Shown here piece after piece: positions 57,630-64,000 of a stretch of DNA of 64,000 bases. Location of the stretch: assembly GCA_037444405.1 (NCBI GenBank), contig JBBIML010000009.1, forward strand, positions 32,001 to 96,000, written 5' to 3'. The notes under the pieces are model-generated. The model made no database searches and was not told the origin of the DNA. It worked only from the letters and a program-made list of their open reading frames with translations. This DNA comes from Armatimonadota bacterium. Its GTDB lineage: Bacteria > Armatimonadota > Fimbriimonadia > Fimbriimonadales > GBS-DC. How positions within the stretch are numbered: the first letter of the stretch is position 1; every line of letters starts with the position of its first letter. A program made the position numbers and the translations under genes.

Positions 57630-59138
57630 ATGGGTCGTCCGGTCGATGTGCCGCTGATTTTCGAGCGCAGTGTGCCAGGTCGGCAGGGTGTGCGTCCACC
57701 GGTGTGTGATGTGCCGGTGCGTCCACTGACGGAGTTGCTGGGCGAAGCGAATCTGCGTGCCGAGCCGCCAGCCCTGCCCGAAGTGAGCGAGCTGGACGCC
57801 CTGCGCCACTACACGCGCCTCTCTCAGCGCAACTACGGCATCGATATCGGCTTCTACCCGCTCGGCTCCTGCACCATGAAGTATAACCCGCGCATCAACG
57901 AGAAGGTCGCCGCGCTGGTGGGCTTCACGCACGCGCATCCGCTGCTGCCCGAATCGCTGGCGCAGGGCGCGTTGCAACTGCTGTACGAACTGCAGGAGGA
58001 CCTTAAAGCCATCACGGGTTTTCATGCGGTTAGCCTTCAGAATGTGGCGGGCGCGCACGGTGAGCTGCTCTGCCTGATGCTGATCAAAGCCTATCACGAG
58101 TCGCGCGGTGAGGGTGAGCAGCGCACGGTGGTGCTGGTACCCGACTCGGCGCACGGCACGAACCCCGCCTCCGCCGCGCTGTGCGGCTACACGGTGCAAT
58201 CAATCCCCACCGATTCGGAGGGCAACACCGACCTGGACGCGCTCAAAGCCGCGCTGAACGAGCGGGTCGCCGCGATGATGCTGACCAATCCCAGCACGCT
58301 GGGGCTGTTTGATCGCAACGCGCAGAAGGCGTGCGAGCTGCTGCACGAGGCGGGCGCGCTGGTGTTTTGCGATGGGGCGAACATGAACGCGCTGGTCGGC
58401 GTTGTTCAGCCCGCCGCGATGGGCTTCGACTGCATGCATCTCAATTTGCACAAAACTTTCTCCACGCCGCATGGTGGGGGCGGTCCGGGCGCGGGTGCGG
58501 TTGGCGTGTCGGAGCGGCTGGAGCCGTTCCTGCCCGTGCCGCGCATTGTGCGCACGCCCGACGGGCGCTACGCGCTCGCCAGCAACTACCCGCACTCCAT
58601 CGGGCGCGTGCATACCTTCTACGGCAACTTTCTGAACCTCGTGCGGGCGTATGCCTACATTCGGGCGTATGGGGGCGAGGGGCTGCGCACGATTGCCGAG
58701 TTCGCCGTGCTGAACGCGAACTATCTGCTAACGCGGATTCGCGACGCCTTCCCGCCCGCGATTGACCGCCTCTGCATGCACGAGTGCGTGGTCACGGCGC
58801 AGCGCTATAAGCAGCTGTATGGCGTTCGCGCGCTCGACATCGCGAAGCGCCTGCTGGACTACGGCTTCCATCCGCCCACGATGTACTTCCCGCTGATTGT
58901 GCCCGAATGCCTGATGATTGAGCCGACCGAGACCGAGAGCAAGCAGACGCTGGATATGTTCGCGAACGCGCTGTTAGAGATCGCGCGTGAGGCGGCGGAG
59001 CAGCCCGAGTTGTTGAAGAGCGCGCCGCACAACACGCCCGTGCGCCGCCTGGATGAGGCGAGCGCGGCGAAGAACCTGATCCTGCGATGGCATGGCGAGG
59101 TGGTCTATCCGCAGGAGGTGCCTGCCTGCGCCTGCTGA
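57630..59138 (+). CDS. gcvPB: Glycine dehydrogenase (decarboxylating) subunit 2
   Basis: YPLGSCTMKYNP, SAHGTNPASA, LTNPSTLG, HLNLHKTFSTPHGGGGPG, MIEPTETES. Confidence 0.96.
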   Translation: MGRPVDVPLIFERSVPGRQGVRPPVCDVPVRPLTELLGEANLRAEPPALPEVSELDALRHYTRLSQRNYGIDIGFYPLGSCTMKYNPRINEKVAALVGFTHAHPLLPESLAQGALQLLYELQEDLKAITGFHAVSLQNVAGAHGELLCLMLIKAYHESRGEGEQRTVVLVPDSAHGTNPASAALCGYTVQSIPTDSEGNTDLDALKAALNERVAAMMLTNPSTLGLFDRNAQKACELLHEAGALVFCDGANMNALVGVVQPAAMGFDCMHLNLHKTFSTPHGGGGPGAGAVGVSERLEPFLPVPRIVRTPDGRYALASNYPHSIGRVHTFYGNFLNLVRAYAYIRAYGGEGLRTIAEFAVLNANYLLTRIRDAFPPAIDRLCMHECVVTAQRYKQLYGVRALDIAKRLLDYGFHPPTMYFPLIVPECLMIEPTETESKQTLDMFANALLEIAREAAEQPELLKSAPHNTPVRRLDEASAAKNLILRWHGEVVYPQEVPACAC

Positions 59139-59779
59139 ACGAGGGCGTCGTCCCGCCGGAACAGAATATGGCGCGGGACAGCGCGCTCTTTGAGGCGTTC
59201 GAGCGGGGCGCAATCCCGCCGACCTTGCGTGTGTATCAGTGGGCGTCGCCTGCCATCACTTATGGCTGTGCCCAGCGTCTGCCCGAACGGCTGGTGCAGG
59301 CGGCGCAGGCGTTCAACATCCCGCTGTTCCGCCGCCCCACGGGAGGCAAAGCGGTGCTGCACGGGCACGATTTGACCGTGGCGCTGGTCGGAACCCCCTC
59401 ACCCGTAAGCCATCGGGTCTACCCGCGGCAGGTCTATCTGTGGCTGGCTCCTGCACTGGTGGCGGCGTTTCGGCAGATTGGCATCCCTGCCACGATGGGC
59501 ACGGCGCCAGCGCCCGACCCGCTAAGCGTCGATGACGGGGGTGATTGCTTCGCGACGCCCGCCTTCACCGATATCGTGCATGCGGAAACGGGTCTCAAGC
59601 TGATGGGTTGCGCGTTGCGTGTGTCCGAGCGCGGGTTCCTGATGCAGGCGTCGATTCCCGTGCGCCCGCCCGAAGTGCCTGTGGAAGCGATTTTCGGGCA
59701 TCCCCACCCGACGCCGCCCCCCATCGAAATCAACGCGCTGATCGACGCACTCCACCGCTGTCTATCGGCTCACTTTTAG
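59087..59779 (+). CDS. Lipoate-protein ligase A / LipM-like protein (start uncertain)
   Basis: NMARD, PTLRVYQW, RRPTGGKAVLH, CF, KLMGCA; adjacent to gcvPB. Confidence 0.85.
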   Translation: MAWRGGLSAGGACLRLLNEGVVPPEQNMARDSALFEAFERGAIPPTLRVYQWASPAITYGCAQRLPERLVQAAQAFNIPLFRRPTGGKAVLHGHDLTVALVGTPSPVSHRVYPRQVYLWLAPALVAAFRQIGIPATMGTAPAPDPLSVDDGGDCFATPAFTDIVHAETGLKLMGCALRVSERGFLMQASIPVRPPEVPVEAIFGHPHPTPPPIEINALIDALHRCLSAHF

Positions 59780-60777
59780 GAAGGTAGGGGTGATGCATGC
59801 GTCGCCCCTACCCCCGTGTTCGCAGGAAGCTCCCTTTTCTCGAAAGGGAATCCCCTCCGCTCGAAAGGGAAGTACCTTTTGCCACAAGGGATGTCCGTCT
59901 CGACACGGCTGGATGCAGTTTGAGCGCGACTGATGTTCGAGGTGGGGGATTCAGGTGCAATCGTGTCTGTGTGGGATGGTGAGCGGTTGCTGCGCGGGAT
60001 GCTGGCTTTGCCGCGCGTTCGCATCTGACCCTGCTCGCTGATGACCTGCTCCACATAGAGTCCGTCGGGGATGCCCAGGTCGCGCTCGGCGTCGATGAGC
60101 GGGTTCAGCCACTGGCGCAGGCTCTGCACGGCGGCGGGCGCCAGCTCCGCGCCTTCGATTTCGATGCGGGCTTCCGCAAGGTCCAGAAAGCGTCCCTCGC
60201 GCGGGGCAAGCTGACCCACCGCCCGGAAGCTCACCTCGCTGCCCAGAAAGAGCGCGACGCCGCTCACGCGCGTTTCAGCAGGCGTGATCTCGACGCGCAC
60301 CTCCCGAATGTAGGGCGCGTATTTGCGCCGAATGTAGGCAGCCAGGTCGTCCTGTAGCACCACGATCTCGGCGTGTCCGACGCCTGTGCCCGATAGTCGG
60401 AAGAGGCGCTTGCGGAGTACCAGCCGTCGGTCATAGCGCACATCGGGGATTTCGGCGTAGACGGTGTGCGCTCGCAGCCCGCGCAGCGACACATCGTGCA
60501 GGCGCATGATGAACCGCTCGATGCGACCCGTTTTGGGGCGATGCTCCTCCAGCGTGAAGGGCAGCCCATCCAGGGTGAAGTGGCTGGCATTCACTGTGAG
60601 CCGTTTCAGGCGTCCCTGCAGCAGACCGTCCACGCCGTCGGGTTCGATTTTGACCTGGATGGTGCCGCCACCGACGCGCTGGCGGATTTCACGAGCAGCC
60701 GTTTTCTCCACTTCGCGAATTGCGCTCTTGCCCAGCGTGAGCAGGATCGCAATCACAGCCAGCCATTCGCGCTTCAC
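59776..60777 (-). CDS. DUF2993/LmeA-like exported protein
   Basis: N-terminal anchor, GLLQGRLKRLTV, beta-rich body; the C-terminal tail runs through the REP element (VGATHASPL). Confidence 0.65.
   Translation of the reverse strand: MKREWLAVIAILLTLGKSAIREVEKTAAREIRQRVGGGTIQVKIEPDGVDGLLQGRLKRLTVNASHFTLDGLPFTLEEHRPKTGRIERFIMRLHDVSLRGLRAHTVYAEIPDVRYDRRLVLRKRLFRLSGTGVGHAEIVVLQDDLAAYIRRKYAPYIREVRVEITPAETRVSGVALFLGSEVSFRAVGQLAPREGRFLDLAEARIEIEGAELAPAAVQSLRQWLNPLIDAERDLGIPDGLYVEQVISEQGQMRTRGKASIPRSNRSPSHTDTIAPESPTSNISRAQTASSRVETDIPCGKRYFPFERRGFPFEKRELPANTGVGATHASPLPS
59784..59811. repeat. GTAG-type REP palindrome
   Basis: gtaggggtgatgcatgcgtcgcccctac at the junction of convergent genes. Confidence 0.75.
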
Positions 60778-63410
60778 GGCTCTTTCGGCTTTTCGGGATT
60801 GCCATCGGCAGGCGGTTTCTGGCTGGTGAGCGCGTTCAGGCGGCGTTTCACATCCTCGTTGTTCGGGAAGTTCTCGCTCAGCTGGCGCAGCAGCTGCACG
60901 GCGCGTTCACGGTTGCCCAGCTGCTCATAGAGCGTGACGATTTTGAGACCGGTGGAGACTTCATCGGGGAAGGCGCGGAAGAGGGCTTCGTAGGCACGCA
61001 GGGCGTCCAGCGTGGTGCCGTACTCGTCGGCGCGGATCGCCCAGCTGCGCAGGATAACCGAATCGTTTGGCGTCAGCTGTGCCAGTCGCGCATAAATTGG
61101 CAGGGTCTCTTTGTAGCGTTTGAGTTCCTCCAGCAGGCTCAATTGCAATTGGAGCAGAGGCACATCGTCGGGTCGCTGGCGCAGGCGGTCTTGCAGCCAG
61201 CGGAGCGCGTCTTCGGCGCGGTTGGAGCGTCGCAGCCACTCCACATAGGCTTTCGCCGCCTCCTGACCTTTTGTGTCGCGCCCTGCCAGCCGCTCAATGA
61301 AAGCGATATAGTCCGTTTCGCGCTTCAGCTCGGCGGCGAGTCGCTCGGTGAGCGGGTAGAGGCTGATGTCGTCCGGGTTCGTTTCCAGCGCTTTGAGCAG
61401 GGTGTTCCATGCCGACTCTTTATCCCCTATCTGCTGCTGGAGGTCGGCAATCTGGTAGAGCGTCCAGGTGCGGCTGGGGTTGAGCTGGTGCGCCTTCTGG
61501 AACGCCTGCAGCGCCTCCTGCAAGCGGTTCAACTGGCGGTAGATCAGCCCCAGCTCCTGATAGAGGGCTTCGAGCATGGCTTTCGGCTCTTTGCCATTCC
61601 CTGCGGGCGGGGGTGTGCCGCTTTGAGGTTTGTGGATCGCCTCAGCAGAGGGGCGCGGTTCCCGCGCCCCTCCTTCGCGTGCACGGCTTTCCAGCGTGCG
61701 AATCGCCTGCTGATATTCCTGAATCGCCTGCTCGGCGCGATTGTTCTGGATCAGCACGATGGCGAGCATGTTCAGGTAGCGGTAGCCGTGCTTCTGGATG
61801 CAGTCGCGCAGGAAGGCGATAGCGTCGTCGACGCGATTGGCTTGCGTATACATCTCGACGGCGCTGGAGATGGCTAACTCGCTCGGTTCGGGCTGGAGCG
61901 CCTGCTGGCGGTAGAGTTTGCCCGCTTCGTCGATCTGTCCCAGCTGGCGGTACATGGCGGCGGCGCCCAGCGCGGCGGGCGTGTTCAGCGGCTGCTGCTC
62001 CAGCACCTTGAGGTAGAGCTGGAGCGCGTCGGCATATTGCTGGCGCCGCTCCAGCAGGCGCGCCTTGCCCAGCAGTGCGCCCAGCTCGTCGGGTGTCTGC
62101 TGGAGGATCAAATCGTACTGTTTCGCGGCGTCGTCCAGCCGTCCCAGCCGGCTGAGAAACCGGGCATACTCACGGCGCAGCTCGGTGTTGTTAGGGAACT
62201 TTTCGAGCAGGCTTTTGTACTCCTGCTCGGCGAGGATGTTATTGTTGTGGCGTTCGTAGATTCGTGCAATGTGCAGGCGTGGTGTAGGGTCGTCGGGGAG
62301 GTTTTCCGCCCAGCGGCGCAGAAAGGGCAGAATCTCCTGCTCGGCTTCCTGCAGTTGCAGAATCTGGAACTGTCCCTCGTAGGCGCGTCGGTTGCGCGGG
62401 CTGTATTTCAGTACCTCGGCGAAGTGTTCACGCGCCTTGCCGTATTCTTTGAGGTTCAGCTCGCAAAGGGCGATATCGGTGAGCGTCTCCCAGTAGCGTG
62501 GGTCGTCGGGTTTGAGCAGCTGGAAAGCGCGTCCCAGATAGGGCAGCGCCTCGCGATAGCGTTTCAGTTCCATCAGCATCAGCCCCGCGCCCAGATGGGC
62601 TTCGATATTGTTCGGGTAAATCTGCGCGAGGTGCTGATAATCGGCGAGCGCGTTGGCTGGCTCCTGCGCCCGGATAAACAGTTCGGCGCGTTTGAGGCGG
62701 GTGGGCAGGTCGTCGGGGTCGCGCTTGAGGGCTTCAGTATAGGCGCGTATCGCCTCGCGCGGCTCATTCAGCGCCTCGCAGGTCATTCCCAGCGCTTTCC
62801 ATGCGGTGGTGTAGTCGGGCTTGAGCTGCACCGTCTTCTGAAGGTGCTGGCGTGCATCCGAATAGCGTTTGAGCTGATACGCCGCGATGCCGAGATTGTA
62901 ATGGATTCGGAAGTCGTTCGGGCGCGCTTTGACAGCTCTGGAAAACTCGGCGTAGGCGGTTTGCCAGTTCTCGCGCAGGGCGGCGAGCGAGCCAGCGAGC
63001 AGGGGCAACTCGGGATGGGTGCCGAATCGGTCGCGCAGCATGCGCAGGTAGCCTTCCGCCTCCTCCAGACGGTTGCGGTCGAGCGCCAGTCGGGTCAGCT
63101 CTATTAGCGGCGTGGGATTGCGCGGGTCTAACTGCACGGCGCGACGCAGATGGTGAGCGGCTTTGTCGAGCTGACCCTGCATGCGATAGACCAGCCCCAG
63201 ATTGAGATGGGCGGGCGCCAGGTTCGGTTGCTCCTTCAGTATCTGGCGCAACAACTGGGCAGCGGGTTCATACTTGCCCTGTCGTGCCAGCGCAATCGCG
63301 CGGTCAAACCGTTGCTGGAGGCTCTGCACGCTCGAACTTCGGTTTTGCTGCGCCAGACTCAGCGCCATCACCAGACACGCCCAGCCAGCAAGCCACGCCA
63401 TTCGCCTCAT
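60774..63410 (-). CDS. Exported multi-TPR protein, 878 aa
   Basis: Signal peptide and many TPR units (AHLNLGLVY, HYNLGIAAY, AWKALG). Confidence 0.9.
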   Translation of the reverse strand: MRRMAWLAGWACLVMALSLAQQNRSSSVQSLQQRFDRAIALARQGKYEPAAQLLRQILKEQPNLAPAHLNLGLVYRMQGQLDKAAHHLRRAVQLDPRNPTPLIELTRLALDRNRLEEAEGYLRMLRDRFGTHPELPLLAGSLAALRENWQTAYAEFSRAVKARPNDFRIHYNLGIAAYQLKRYSDARQHLQKTVQLKPDYTTAWKALGMTCEALNEPREAIRAYTEALKRDPDDLPTRLKRAELFIRAQEPANALADYQHLAQIYPNNIEAHLGAGLMLMELKRYREALPYLGRAFQLLKPDDPRYWETLTDIALCELNLKEYGKAREHFAEVLKYSPRNRRAYEGQFQILQLQEAEQEILPFLRRWAENLPDDPTPRLHIARIYERHNNNILAEQEYKSLLEKFPNNTELRREYARFLSRLGRLDDAAKQYDLILQQTPDELGALLGKARLLERRQQYADALQLYLKVLEQQPLNTPAALGAAAMYRQLGQIDEAGKLYRQQALQPEPSELAISSAVEMYTQANRVDDAIAFLRDCIQKHGYRYLNMLAIVLIQNNRAEQAIQEYQQAIRTLESRAREGGAREPRPSAEAIHKPQSGTPPPAGNGKEPKAMLEALYQELGLIYRQLNRLQEALQAFQKAHQLNPSRTWTLYQIADLQQQIGDKESAWNTLLKALETNPDDISLYPLTERLAAELKRETDYIAFIERLAGRDTKGQEAAKAYVEWLRRSNRAEDALRWLQDRLRQRPDDVPLLQLQLSLLEELKRYKETLPIYARLAQLTPNDSVILRSWAIRADEYGTTLDALRAYEALFRAFPDEVSTGLKIVTLYEQLGNRERAVQLLRQLSENFPNNEDVKRRLNALTSQKPPADGNPEKPKEP

Positions 63411-63509
63411 CGACCGAAGTATACCCCTTTCGAACCCCTCGAAAACCCCGAATCAGGACTAAAGTCCCTACCAAAGCCGCTATACCAGTAGTTATACTGG
63501 GGTTAACAA

Positions 63510-63862
63510 GATGCGCGGGGACAAAAGATTGCCGTGGCGCCAGCGCGAGTTGACAGGGCACCGTCCCGATGCGCCCCATGTCGATGGGATAAAGTCTCTC
63601 GCAGGCTCGCGACGGTCTGTGAGAGCAGTCCCATAAAATCGGGAACTGCTAAGAGCAGAAATTCGTAAACAGGGACTGAAGTCTCTGCACAACGGCACTG
63701 CTGACAGGATAGAAACGGAGGCAGTGCCGGGTGGGAGGGGAAGCGATTTAAACGGGTACAGGCTGCCCATGCAATGTCGTGAGGCTTTGCTCCCAAAGAC
63801 AGGGGATCGTCCCTGCCGTGCCTGCCAAGCCGGGCGGTTGTCCAGCCGCCCGGCTCTTTTTC
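63510..63862 (+). ncRNA. Candidate large (about 350 nt) multi-stem ncRNA, family unrecognised
   Basis: TATACT at 63493-63498; end pairing gcggggac/gtccctgc; several internal hairpins with G-U pairs and A-rich linkers; intrinsic terminator; no credible ORF. Confidence 0.6.
63828..63862 (+). terminator. Rho-independent terminator
   Basis: agccgggcggttg-tc-cagccgcccggct followed by cttttt. Confidence 0.85.
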
Positions 63863-63906
63863 ATTTGCAGGAATATGCGCTCGCATAGCGAATCGGTTGT
63901 TAAGTT

Positions 63907-64000
63907 ATGAAAGTGGTGGTGGCTGGTGGCACGGGTTTCATCGGGCGGGCGGTGGTTCAGGCGTGTGTAGGGCAATACGCCGTCGTGGTGCTGACCCGCG
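63907..64000 (+). CDS. NAD-dependent epimerase/dehydratase family protein (partial)
   Basis: MKVVVAGGTGFIGRAVV...VVVLTR Rossmann motif; runs off the window end. Confidence 0.85.
   Translation, partial: MKVVVAGGTGFIGRAVVQACVGQYAVVVLTR

Noticed and set aside
63510..63862. tmRNA, RNase P RNA or cobalamin riboswitch
   Set aside because: No tRNA-like ends or CCA, no GAGGAAAGUCC/P4 partner, and only scattered short matches to the B12 box in a non-cobalamin context.

Overview
GC-rich bacterial chromosome segment. Dockerin-like C-terminal repeats, prepilin-like paralogues and general gene content suggest an Armatimonadota-like lineage (inference). 1-9.9 kb: a three-gene DISARM-related defence cluster (SNF2 helicase broken by an in-frame TAG, Eco57I/DrmMI-like N6-adenine methyltransferase, large YprA/DUF1998-type DEAD/DEAH helicase truncated by the window edge) with a four-copy REP-like array inside it. 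10-15 kb: Trm1-like tRNA methyltransferase, tandem-Macro protein, REC-ANTAR regulator, Nif3, Uma2. 14.9-18.5 kb: an AT-rich cassette behind an ECF sigma factor (Cys-rich secreted protein whose GC-rich leader joins an AT-rich body at a G8 tract, a 16-bp hairpin, two membrane proteins, two prepilin-like proteins). 18.5-64 kb: mostly housekeeping (recX, rny, ABC transporter, prpB, tRNA-Cys, sensor kinase, glycosyltransferases, MATE, aspA/fumC-like, PIN toxin-antitoxin pair, xylB, recN, gcvPB, lipoate ligase, TPR protein). That stretch also holds a frameshifted Clp ATPase-receiver fusion, a sigma/dockerin chimera, a four-gene DUF6754 membrane module and two unannotated structured RNA candidates (about 32.43-32.64 kb and 63.51-63.86 kb). 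All calls come from reading motifs by eye; no searches were run.
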